Source of the DNA: Adineta vaga | Lineage: Eukaryota > Animalia > Rotifera | Length of the DNA: 64,000 nucleotides | Reading direction: 5' to 3' | Assembly (NCBI GenBank): GCA_021613535.1 | Contig: CP075494.1 | Location: 1,612,001 to 1,676,000 of the forward strand | Position numbers and translations under genes: made by a program | In this document: positions 51,212 to 63,369 of the stretch, in pieces | Layout: each line of letters opens with the position of its first letter | Numbering within the stretch: the first letter of the stretch is position 1 | Notes under the pieces: model-generated | Told to the model about the DNA's origin: nothing | The model's database searches: none | What the model saw: only the letters and a program-made list of their open reading frames with translations

Positions 51212-51608
51212 TTTTATATTTTATTTCCAACCTATTTTGTTGTATCATTAACTTGTACGAAGAATTCAGATGCCATTCTATATGATGAGTGGAATATGAC
51301 AAAAAAAATTAATCTTGTGATCTGAAATATATAAATATTAAATGGTGAAAATAGTGTTCTCTTTTATTGATTGATGTAAAAAAACACCAAAATCGAATAA
51401 AAGTACGTAGTTATAGTTGAGAAATTATAGAGAACGAAAAGAAAAAAAAACATTTTTACGTCTGAATCTTTTTTCTTCGACAATTGATAAGATACTAATG
51501 TATGAAAAGGGTACCATTCCGACAACATATAATTTCGTTTCTGTTGTTATTCTCTATTTTTATTGAAATGTTTTACAATACTAAGAAATTCAATAAGATT
51601 TGAACAAA

Positions 51609-51655
51609 GAGGGTGGGTGTTAGATAGATGTAGTGCACATACACACCCACACCCT
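51609..51655. repeat. Telomere-like palindromic element
   Basis: GAGGGTGGGTGT...ACACACCCACACCCT. Confidence 0.7.
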
Positions 51656-51735
51656 TCTTGTTGACTTTGCCGAGATGCATTTTTTGATAATGATTTTTCC
51701 ATTATTTCAAAACTTACAAGAGTACTATCGATAAT

Positions 51736-51803
51736 TTGAGGGTGTAGGTGTGTTTGAATGATCCGAGAGCCATTACGGCCACAGTCACACCCTCACCCAC
51801 CCT
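51736..51803. repeat. Telomere-like palindromic element
   Basis: TTGAGGGTGTAGGTGTG...CACACCCTCACCCACCCT. Confidence 0.75.
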
Positions 51804-51864
51804 TTCGTCGTTTAATTTTTTTACAAGATGGTAACTCGAATTATACTTTTTTCTACTTATTATT

Positions 51865-52240
51865 TTGCATCGATGGACATAAATCTCTATCAATCATTGA
51901 CTATGGATAACAAATAAGATGATCACTACATCGAGAATGATGAACACATATATGAGATGAATCTAAGCATTTAAATGAGGTTCCACATGGTACAAGATCA
52001 GCACAGAATGTCCATAAAGAAGCACAAATACCAACATTATTTAGCACCTATCATAGGAAAACATCCACAAGCACTATTACTTGAACATCGACCACGTGGT
52101 GACATATTTGACATTGATTTGAACTATTGCATAACTAAGTAATAAATATATAATCTTATGATAATTGAAAATATGATATTGCTCTTCTATATTCTATCAA
52201 AAGTAATCCTAATCAATAAGAAATTGAATTTCACTGAAAT
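51865..52240 (-). pseudogene. Degenerate secreted Cys-rich domain fragment
   Basis: CSSNSACGCFPM...GIC...CADLVPC...C...HICVHHSRC...CYP* with a frameshift and a stop. Confidence 0.5.
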
Positions 52241-52382
52241 AAAAGGAAAAGAAAAGAAATTTAATAAAGATTTACTTTTCCTCCTTTTTATTTTCATAAA
52301 AAAAAGTTCAATCACAAAATCCAATTAAATCAAACCACTGAATTATTCGTTTATTTTGCCGATCAGCAATTGATTAATAAAT

Positions 52383-52406
52383 ACCCACACCCACACCCAC
52401 TCTCAT
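52383..52406 (-). repeat. Solo C-rich arm of the telomere-like element
   Basis: ACCCACACCCACACCCACTCTCA. Confidence 0.65.
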
Positions 52407-53172
52407 TGTTTCATGTAAAGACCGTGTTTTTAAAAGAACTATAAGAGTTATTATTAATAACTTTCTTTAAATTATCAGGATAGACTCCAGACTAGAAAAT
52501 CGCTTTACAGATCAAAACTAACGGATCGTAGACAAATCGATCATCCTGAATTCATATATCAGAGTTTTTGTTGGTATCTTTCTAATAGATATATTTTTAT
52601 TTTTGAAAGATCATTTTTTGTGAAATTTTTTAGTAATGATATACATTCTCTTTGCATTTTTTCATCGTTTCTTAATGGATATCAAAATTTCGAAAATAAG
52701 TTCTTTATGTAATTTGTAGTAACTAAATTTTAAATTGAAATGGTGAATAGAGTAGCAAATTCAATGCTAAGTCTGTATATTAGTCGCAAGAAGTGCGAAA
52801 TAGATATAAAACATTTTAGTTCAAAAAACACCATCATCGCATTACAGATGTTTAAGCAGTCTTTTTGTTTTTCTCTTTTGAAAAAAAAATAGAAACAGCC
52901 AATCATTTATCTTCCTTTTTTTACGTCCGCTATTTTGACTACTGCTGCTAACGACAGACGATTTTATCGTCTTTTTTTCTTTTTCGTCTCTACATTATTA
53001 TCCCCAGTTTTTTACTTTTTCCTACTCACAAGATCATTTTATTATCTCGACTACATTTGTCGTCTATGCAACTACTTTGTTATTACTTTCTACTAGTCAA
53101 TAGTAAGAATATTTTCATTTGATTTTTATTTTTAGTGTCGAGAAAAAAATTAAAAGTGAATATCGATATATT

Positions 53173-53928
53173 ATGGGAGTAGTAAACAATATTATCAAAC
53201 AATCTAATGAAAAAGAAATGAATACCATTTCATTAGCTGGTGAGGAAACATCAGAAGATAATGATTTGATTTTTCCATATTCAATAATTCATTTAATCAA
53301 AGATATTAGAAATTATCCATCAAAATTGCAGTGGATTAAATGTTTCTTAACATTATATTATCTGCAACTTCTCATAACTTTTATCATCTCTGTGGTCTGT
53401 CTTGCAGTTAGTAGTGCACAAAGCGCATACGATTATGAACTTTGTATATTACGAATTGTTTTTATTCTCCATGGCATATTTGGTCTTATTACAGTTTTAC
53501 TTCATCTCTGTACAATTATTTTTCGGTAAGTCAATTAATTATTGTTGATCTTTCATTTTTGTATATATTAATGAAAATTTTTATCTGTATACAGTTCACC
53601 GTTATTTCTCATGACACCATGGTCATACAATCAACGGCGATTCATTCGTTATTCTACCATTTCAAGTCATTTATTCACGATTATTTGCATCATTTGGTTC
53701 TTGATCGGTCATATTTGGTTTATTCAAGAATTTATATTCGTTCTTACAAGCCGTTATTATTATTTTCGCGCGGGAACAAAATTCACCATCGTCATGGTTA
53801 TTATACACTATATTGTCGGTATTTGGTTACTCTGTTGTTGTTGTATACAAAATCGAAAGAAGATTTCAAATAAATCAACAAAAATTGACAATGAAATAAA
53901 TAAATCGGAAAATTTAATAATTATTTGA
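53173..53928 (+). CDS. Small four-TM membrane protein, two exons (intron about 53527-53593)
   Basis: Four hydrophobic segments across ORFs 53119-53529 and 53611-53928; GTAAGT...TACAG intron. Confidence 0.65.
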
Positions 53929-54714
53929 TTTAATCAAACAATTCTATTTATTATTATCTGAAGGACAGATTTCCTATCTAATTCTATCAGTTCAATTCAA
54001 ATAAACAGAAAATCATCATTATCAATTAATCTTTTTTTTTCATTTCAATTGAATGTAATAATTGTCGTTGATTTGTCATTTCCTACAAATATCGAATTTT
54101 TATCAAATAAATATTCATTTGTTGTAATCCAAACATCAGTATGTGTCTTCAAATATTTGTATCGATATTCATAGCGAAAGAACGATATGGCTTATATTGT
54201 AATGATTTTGTTACTAATTTGTAAGTCTTCTGGCGAATGCCGTGTACTGACAATGTAGAGATTATTGCCATTGAGATTCACAGCGATAAATATCTGTTGC
54301 TTGATTTCTTTTATCATATTAGTGTGCAATGCTTTGATAAGCAAATCTTATTTCTTCATAGATTATATTAGAAAATAAGAGAAGAAAAATGAGAAAGATA
54401 CAAAAAACAGAGAAGGTAATTTATTTTGAACTCTGTATTAATCTACTAAGTTAGTTCAATTGCTTTGATTTCATAACTAGTAACGCTCGTCGAGGCAGAC
54501 TCGCTTAACTCTCGACTGAACGACTAACAATAAATGTTTTCTCTTGCTGAAATTATTCATAATAATTTGAATTCTATTATGATATACTCATCATAGTCAT
54601 TTCGTAGAAATTTTGAAAAAATATTCTAATTCAAATTACAGTTGAGAACGGTTTGCTCAAGGACTTTCGTAATCAACTACATAACAGAAATTTATTTTAT
54701 ATTCGATATTACTG

Positions 54715-54791
54715 CAAGGGGGAAAATGTAGGCACCTCAGCACCCTCAACTATGATAGGTATCGAGGTGCTGACCTGTACTTTTCCCCTTG
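54715..54791. mobile_element. 77-bp hairpin, possible tiny MITE
   Basis: CAAGGGGGAAAA...TCAGCACC...GGTGCTGA...TTTTCCCCTTG. Confidence 0.5.
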
Positions 54792-54925
54792 ACTTTTGAC
54801 CTACGAACAAAAGCACTTTTTTAGTATCAAACATATCGATTACAATGCGAAAGTATGACGGTTTTATTGTGTTAGAATCTTTTAATCTTAATATAAACGT
54901 CTTTTCTTTTGAAAGTTAAGTTTTA

Positions 54926-54968
54926 TTGAGGATGTGGGCAACATATTAGTACACCCACACCCCCTCAA
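54926..54968. repeat. Telomere-like palindromic element
   Basis: TTGAGGATGTGGG...CACCCACACCCCCTCAAGAT. Confidence 0.8.
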
Positions 54969-56829
54969 GATCCGAAAACTAAGACGGTAGCTATCAGTTA
55001 AATATCATTGAAATTGTTCGATTACTTTCTAAAACTGTTTCAAAGTACAGCTTGTACGATAACTTGAATTGAAACCTTTTACTCACTTCAAATATGACTC
55101 ATGACGATTTTATTAAATAATTCTCATCCAACAGAAAGACAAAAAAACTATTTAAGACAATCAAAGTAAAGTCATATACTAGAGAGAACAGAAGATCAAT
55201 CAAGACTCAACATTATTCGGATCAGTTGGCAGGGCCTAACACATTTGGGTTCATCTTCACATTACACCGATCACCTTGGCAAAAATATGTTGGACGACCT
55301 TTATACATTGATACTTCATACGCTGGTCCACAGTCCGACATGCAACATCTTGTTTCAATCACATCTGTTACAAACGAACAAATATTGATACATACTAAGA
55401 AGTCGAAACAGTCGCTACATACTTGGATCCTGATCGTTTCGATACATCATGCATCTTTTACAGTTGTAGGCAATATTCACACATATTTGATTAGGTACAT
55501 GCGTACAATTGAAACACTCTGACAAATACTCGATCGATTCCGTAAAAACTGATGCCGGTTGCACTAAATCAAAAATGCTGAGATAACCTAGACATTATGA
55601 TTGATGTGGTCGTCTTCTATGTCAAACTCAGAATAACAGTTAAATGATTTTTATCAATGAACAAGAACAGTTACCGGTTTCCTTTCTTTCTGAAAAGAAA
55701 ACCAGCCGAGTAACACTTCTGAGAATTGAGTAGGTTTTGAAACAAGCAGCAACAGCATCTTAGGGTTGACACTGGTATTTTCAGTATACTAAAGTCAGTA
55801 CATAGATGGTCTGTCCAAGTGACATTTTATAGCATTGTTTTCGCTAAACTCTCTTACGAGTGAAGTCTCAAGTATGTGTTCACTTTTCGTAAGGTCAAGA
55901 CTGCAGCAATCTATTTAGTTCAACAGTATTAATGTCTATCAAGATAATAGATCAGATTATTCCTCCAGATACTTTACCTGATCCGATTTGAAAAAGGCAC
56001 ATGAGCATGATTGGTATTAGCAGATGCATCGTAGAATGAATAAAAGCAGAGCTTGTGTCTTTGACGACGTAGATTGACAATATAAAAATCAATAAATTTG
56101 TAATATACATATATACATATGTAACCAAATTCCATTTGGAAAGTAAGTCAACAAGCAATAGTTAAGGCATTCTCTCCGTTTTCTCGCATATTAAATTGAG
56201 GCTTTCGTGACAAAAAGAAGATTAACAAAAATACAGGTTATATATAAAGTATCCGATATCAGTTAGTGTTTTTTTCTTTTTCAGATATATCTGACTTCGC
56301 CTGCTTCAAATATTTAATTAAAGGATACAAAATCTATTTTCACAGCACGCCTACTTGTTTCCTTCAGATCAAAGTCAAATCGTCGATTATTTTTCTCGAT
56401 GCCATTTGAGCAAACAATTTCGAAAATCACGCTACTTTTCTGACCATGATTTTATCAAAACAAAGATAAACCCAATAGTGTCATCAAATTTGTGTATCTA
56501 TATTTTCTATCTATATCTCAACATAGAGTAAAATATCTCTCACTGAACATCCCTCCAGGGTGAATAATAACCTGTCCAAACAATCAACGATAATGTGATG
56601 TGTATGAGTGATTTGTTTCTCGACGATTAAAGAGAATGCCCGTATTTGGTCCTGAGGGCATGGGTAAAGGTGTCACTTCAATCGAAACCTATCGATGTAT
56701 ATCAATGTGAATGTTTGCAAACAACGAATTATCCATTATCTGTTAAAAACTATATGAGAAGAATTTCGAGATTATTTTCAAACATAATCTAATTAGAAGT
56801 ATGTACAATTTTAAAATGGTAATCCACCA

Positions 56830-56874
56830 TTGAGGGTGTGGAAAATGGCGTTCGTTTGTGATGCACACTCTCGA
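56830..56874. repeat. Telomere-like palindromic element
   Basis: CCATTGAGGGTGTGG...GCACACTCTCGA. Confidence 0.65.
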
Positions 56875-56982
56875 TTTTACTCCTTATCTAATTAAACTCT
56901 TTCAGAAAATGAAGATCCCAATAGTCGTTAAGCAATCGAATGAAAGATTTTATTTGTGAAAAAAATTCTTTTAATTTATCGT

Positions 56983-57887
56983 CTATTTTCCATGTTGAAG
57001 TAGTAATCCAACAGCAATAGTTGTTTCTTCAAGTAATGTATCGGGTAAGTAAATATCCAATGACACCGTTTGTTGTAAAATTGCCGATACAACTTTTTTC
57101 GCTCGAGTGGCGTCACTGTCAAAGTTGTTGACTAAAGTACTTGAGTCAACTCGAAGAACATAAACTCGAAATCCTATGCCCAACACACGTGTCACTTTCA
57201 TAATCACATGTGTATCATTACGAATAACACAAAACATTTCATCAAATAAGAAACCATTCTCACATACGACGATGTATCCGTAGCCTCTGTCAATCAATTG
57301 ACGATAGTGTGGACTACGACAACAACAGAATGTTAAAGCTCCTATCGCTCCAACGTATCTGAAACCAGTTCGATTAGGACCGTACAAATAGTTAACATAT
57401 TGAGTCCATTGTTCGCCTTCAAGTTTAATCACGAAACGCACGCTGTTTTGCAGAAGCTCATAATCCGTTCCAATCCAATAATGTTTCACGCCATAACAAA
57501 TTGCCCAAATGAATATAAAACCGGTGATGCAACCCAATGAAATAGCAGTACCTCCGATGTCTTACACTCATTGCTGCAGTTTAGAGCGGCTCGTATAATC
57601 AGTAATAAACATATGATTATCAATGATGGGATGCAAGCTATAAAAAGATACAACCATCGACGACGATCTGCAACTTTACTTCTTTCAATAATATTCTTCA
57701 TAATTTCAATATCAGATTGAGCATTCGTATCATCTGTAATATTTTGTTGTTGTAATTGTGCTTCGAATGTACTATTCACTGCAGAAACTGAATTCGTATT
57801 TGATGGATTAGCTTTAGATGCTTGATCTGCAATCACTTCGGTCAGTTCGTCATGTTTGTCCGGTGATACTTGATTTCTTAAAGTCAT
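56983..57887 (-). pseudogene. Two-TM membrane protein of unknown function with one frameshift near 57560
   Basis: TM1 is in ORF 57486-57887. IGGTAISLGCITGFIFIWAI (TM2) continues in the frame of ORF 56983-57537. Confidence 0.6.
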
Positions 57888-58131
57888 TGTCTGTTCTTCA
57901 GTTATTTGAATATCTACATTGTGGTTAGAAAAATAAAATTACAAAAGGGATTGATTTTGAAGTGTTGTGATAAAAGATAAAAGTTACGCATTAAAATATG
58001 TGACGTACATGTTTTACGTATTTCATTCTTATATCATTGATGAAGTTAATTTTCTCTAATATAGAAATATAGGTCGTACATTTCAAGATTTTTCTTTTGT
58101 ATGATCTATAGATCTTCCATAGAGATAAATC

Positions 58132-58167
58132 TTGAGGGTGTGGGTATATCTTCTTCACTCACACCCT
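58132..58167. repeat. Telomere-like palindromic element (shortest copy)
   Basis: TCTTGAGGGTGTGGGTATATCTTCTTCACTCACACCCT. Confidence 0.8.
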
Positions 58168-58231
58168 ATGATATGAATCAAAAAGATCTATGTTGTATTT
58201 TTCTTTATTAAACAGTGCATTCTATATTCAA

Positions 58232-58988
58232 CTAAGAAATAATGTCTTTAATTGGTATTATTATATCAGATGATTGGGATTGATGTGAAGATTGCAGATG
58301 AATAATTGCAATATTGTATGATGGTGGTGAAACTTCTGCATGATGATTATCAATGATATTGTCGTATCGTGGTGGCAATGCTTCAAATACACTAGAATTT
58401 ATTGATAACAATGGTTTATCAGTATGTAGTGTAGGAAAATCGGTTTTTCCTTGTTCTATCGTCTGCGTTTGATCAACATTTCGCTGTTTATTTGTGCAAA
58501 TGTTATAAATGTTTATACAACATATGGCAATAACCGCAATTATCGGAGGACCGCAAACGACGCAACCTACCACAGTTCCCAAAACTATTAGTATTGCTGG
58601 AGAAGGTGAATTTCCAAAAGATATTGGTTTTATATCCCAGTACTCTGGTCGCGTAAAATGAAACGTCACTATTGAAGGAAATGTTGGAAGTGGTTTAATG
58701 TTACAAATAGAGACTTCACTTCCACATTGTGTCATTCCTATCAATAAACATTAAATCATCATCTCAATCTTTTAGAAATTTTCTCTTACCTGAACAGCAC
58801 CATACCGATGTTCCCAGATAACAAGTCTGTTCTAAATTAAAAAATAAATATGATAATAAATCACAACGAGTCTGATTGATAATATACATACGAAATGATA
58901 CCGAACAATTTTCACCATAAACGATTGTACAATTAAAACTAAGTAGAATAAGAATAAAGTATATCTTATTACTCAATTGGCTAAACAT
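58232..58988 (-). CDS. Shisa/WBP1-like single-pass protein (signal peptide, small Cys-rich ectodomain, TM, PPxY tail), three exons
   Basis: Signal peptide, C..C....WCC...QC.....C, a TM segment, and PPRY and PPSY motifs; two short GT-AG introns. Confidence 0.65.
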
Positions 58989-59920
58989 TATGTTTTGAAA
59001 GTGCGATGTTTGTTTTTGAGTATCTAAAATTACAGTATGAAATGGATACGTTCATACAGAGCAGCCATCTAGACAATAGAATAAAACATGAAAGCAGTTT
59101 TCAGTGCTGTATACGAAGCAAAAATAAATAAATACTGCAAAAACGATCATAGATAAGCTTCATCATGTTTAAGAGTGAAAGCTTTAGATAATAGTATTAA
59201 TTTATTACTCAAGATACTCGAATATTTTTCTCAGAATTTCGATAAAGATGAAGAAACACATCATATGCAAATATTGTTTTATCATAAAAAAATTGCTATG
59301 TGAATACAGTAAGGAGAAAAAGAAAAAGAAAAATTGTAAGAATTGAAAAGATACGAAAAATAATGTGCATTTGTATCTGTTTTCATTCAAGTGTTCCGTT
59401 CGAATAAATAACATGAGAAATCTTTTTAAAAGATGAAGATTATAAATTCTAGAAAAGAAAACAAAAAGATGGTTGATAGGAATGAGTACGTTCGTTTAGT
59501 AAAATATACAATATTACAAATCACAACAGGTCTATCATTTGTGATATTTGTTTGTTTTTTTTTATCAAAATCAATGTGAAAATTTTTGTGATTTTTGTTA
59601 TAAATCTTTGTCTTTTTATTCGGGTTATTTATCAAAAACTTCAACGAAGACAACAATGATTGAATGACGTAGTTAAAAACGAATGATTATTAAATTAGTT
59701 TTTATTTTAATTCTTTATTTTATATTTATGTTATCAGAAATCATTATTGATGTTATTGAAGCTCTATGGGATTCAACATTGTTACTTTTATTATATGACT
59801 TATTTTGTCAATCAATTTTTACCTTTTATTATCGTTGGTTTATTAGTAAATCTTCATAAACAATTTCAAGAATTTATTTGATTTATTAAAAGAACAAGGA
59901 CAGATTGTTAAGAAAAAAAT

Positions 59921-60121
59921 TTATTTTCCTTTAAAAAAACAACCAGCAGGAACAGATCCACATTCCCAATAAATGACATTGGGACCTTGTTTTTCATATT
60001 GACCACGACATTTATCCCACATATAACAATCTCTTGGATTGACACTTGAAACAAGAATCGGACCAAAACAGAAGAGTAAAACAACGAAAACCAAAATAAG
60101 AAGAATTATGTGGCGGGCCAT
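59921..60121 (-). CDS. 66-aa secreted Cys-containing peptide
   Basis: Signal-like MARHIILLILVFVVLLFCFGPILVSS followed by VNPRDCYMWDKC...ECGSVPAGCFFKGK (4 Cys). Confidence 0.6.
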   Translation of the reverse strand: MARHIILLILVFVVLLFCFGPILVSSVNPRDCYMWDKCRGQYEKQGPNVIYWECGSVPAGCFFKGK

Positions 60122-60459
60122 TTTCTTTTTAGTCAAAACTATGAGATTTGATGAGTTTATATATGTCGTTTTTATTTTACAATTCAAATTAAATTAAATA
60201 CGATTGAAACTTTCTTTTGAGAACATAAAAGAATTTATTATTAATATGAATAATTTCAAAAGATTATTCAATCAATCGATTGAAGAAATTCAAGAGTACT
60301 TGAATTATTCGTCAACAGGAATATTGATTAAATTATATAGACATTAAATGTACCTGAACTAATTCCATTTGCATTCAAGCACCAACTAATAAAATAAGTA
60401 TTTTCAGTATTTGTTGAGAATTATTGTAATAAAGTATCCGTTGCTCCATTACAACTATC

Positions 60460-60524
60460 TTGAGGGTGTGAGTATGTGCGTGGTATCCTTATTGATCAAT
60501 ACCACATCACACGCACATTCTCAA
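60460..60524. repeat. Telomere-like palindromic element
   Basis: TCTTGAGGGTGTGAGTATGTGCGTGGTAT...ATACCACATCACACGCACATTCTCAA. Confidence 0.8.
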
Positions 60525-60846
60525 ACATATAAGATTTAATAGTAGATCGAATGAAATTTAAAAAAATTAAAATATTGTTTGATTTTATACTCAGACTCAC
60601 ATTAATTAAGAATAAACTAGAAAATAGATTTATTTACTTCAGTTTCAAATGTTAAGAATATCTTTCTCGTTGTTGTTTTTTGAAACGTGACATATTATAT
60701 ATTGTGTTTAATAATTGAAATAACTTTTGCAAATATGAGAACATTTTGTTCTATCATAGACTTTTATATCTTTTTAGTAGCGATAAATAAGAAAGTATCA
60801 CATTTACATTAAAGCATATTGAAGAAAAGAACACAAAAAGATCAAA

Positions 60847-63369
60847 TTAAACTATTGCTTCGGTAATAGTTTTCCCCGATTTTTCTTGGGATTTTGATAG
60901 TGCATTAACATAAACAAATCGTTGAATAACAGGATGTTTTCGTCTTCTTGCTTGTTTCTCTCGTCGATATCTTTCCAACTCTTGACGTGTTGGATCAATT
61001 CCAAAACAATACTTCAATATATCCATTATCACAATAAATAAAATCGTGATGATCAACATAAGAAGTGCAGGATAAGCAATCATTTTAGAAAGAATTTTAC
61101 GAATATGAAATTTTTTTCTCATCTTTTCACAATGACGACCATAATAACTATCAATAAGACATTCACATGTGTAATTCAATACTAATGGTCGACAAACGCC
61201 ATTATTTTTACAAATATCTTTCACACAACCATGTTTCATAAATTCACAATGAACTCCATACCAACTATCTGGACATACACAATGACATATTCCATTTGAT
61301 GATTTATTGCATTTACCTAGAAAGAATAATGATATAATTATCATAATAATGAAATGATGATTATATCTACCATAGTTCAAACAAATATGTAATTTACAAG
61401 GTCGATAATTAACTTCACAGTCTACATTATTAAATATAGATGAACACGAACAATCACATTGATCGATACCAGTTTTATCGGTATTATTATTATTATTATT
61501 GTTTTCAGTTTGTCTTATATTTTCGCATGAATTACTCGATATATTGCAATCAAGACCGATATATTCTGAATTGCTGCAAGGTTTCGGAAGAAAATACAAT
61601 GTTGAATTTTTAACAAAAGTTTGTGTTTCTGTTGTCAAGGGATCTATTGACAATTAGAGAACATTATTATCTTTAAAAGTATTAGAAAGAATGATTTTTA
61701 CGTATAAATTTCGTCATTGAGGTTTCTTTGAAAGTTGTTGTCTCTATCAAAAGAAAAATGTATATAAATGTGATCAACTAATCACTATTTTCATTATACT
61801 CTTTTTTAAAGAAATTTACATAATTTCTACATTTTTAGTTTTCATCTTGAGGCTGACGTTCAAAATTATCTCAAGATCGTCAACATATTCTTACTAACCT
61901 TTTTCCTCGGATAAAGTGGTGGTATTGATATAAGGAATGAATGAAGACAAAGCATTTGTGAAATTATTTGCTGCAAACAAAAAATAAATTAAGAATATAA
62001 TTGAAAAGATTTATATTGTTATACCGATATCTATAGTTTTTGTTTCTGATGTTGCAGGTCGAGTTGTCGTAGTTGTTTCTATACATGAAAAATAGTTTTA
62101 TTTACCATAACGAGTTGGTGTGAGTAAAAGAATCGAACATTGGATTCTAAGATCAATATCAATGAGATCATAGTTCGGACGAAGTACATGTCTGTTATTT
62201 ATCTATGGAAATGATAATGATGCGTGAAATTCAGTCTATCGAGTTTAGAAAAATGATTTTCAAAAAAAGTTGTCACAATTTAGATTCGAAGAAAAAGATC
62301 TGAGTGAAAATTTTGTATGATTGAAATATGAATCAAGAAATAAGCCCTTTTATTCAAAGAAAAATATATTTAATAAATCATTTCAAATCAATATTATTTT
62401 ATAAGTCTCCATTTGTTTATGAACATGTGTTTTTCTTCTATTCGTTCCTCAAATCTACAATAAATATTATATAATCGAAGTCGTATTTATCACGTTCTAC
62501 AATGATGAATTGTGTAGATATCTTTAAATTTATGGAAAAGTACTACAAATTCAAGAATTGATTTCTCAATAAAATATTTTTTATAATTTTCAGAAGTTTG
62601 TTTCACTATGTTCTCTAATTTATCATGCCGCAAATACGATCGAATTGTGTATTTAATTGTTCCTATGTTACATAAAACTGTTATCTAATATTCTATGGAT
62701 AAGAAAAGTATACTAACCTGCTGACCAAAAAGTAGATTGTCGAGGTGATTCAGCACGTAATTCAATATCATCAATCGCTATATCATTTCCTTTATCTCCT
62801 GCAACTTGTGAATTCATTAACAAAATGACCGAGCTGTGTGATGCTACAAATGAAAGACCATATTTCGACCAAGTCATATTTGTGCACCGAAGAATATCGC
62901 CCGTAATGTTTTCTTCAAGTAAACTATTGTTGATTGCTAATCGAACTTCAAAGCGAACATTTGGTCCAAGAGAATTCTTTTTTTTGGCATAAATATTTGC
63001 CAAATATGCAGAAAAGTGATAACGTTGACCAACAATCAGATCAGTGACATTATACTTAAAAAGCATAGGATTCTTTTCACCCGCATAATCCACAAGAAAC
63101 ATATAGCCGTTGGTCTCGTTTGGTGTGTGATCTGATGCATTACTGCGCCACTCTTTATGAGTGGAAGGAACTGCATTTGCAAAACTAAATGTTCCAATAG
63201 CGTCATTAGGTCCAAAGTTTTGCGTAAGATTTGTAGTGAAATTGAAATAAGAAGGTGTTTTGTTAGAGTATTGATTTGAACCAGACTCAAATGTAATTAA
63301 GAAAGATGATGGATGATTAGTTGTTCCTTGAATAAAATATAAATGAATAGATTTTAAAAAAAGAATCAA
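60847..63369 (-). CDS. Multi-exon type I membrane protein: N-terminal jelly-roll/carbohydrate-binding-like domain, Thr-rich stalk, EGF repeats, TM
   Basis: ITFESG...DHT...GYMFLV...FSAYLAN...GNDIAIDDI domain ends at a GCAG|GTTAGT donor. Small Thr-rich exons lie at about 61900-62080, followed by EGF repeats and a TM in 60847-61653. The 5' end is uncertain. Confidence 0.6.
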
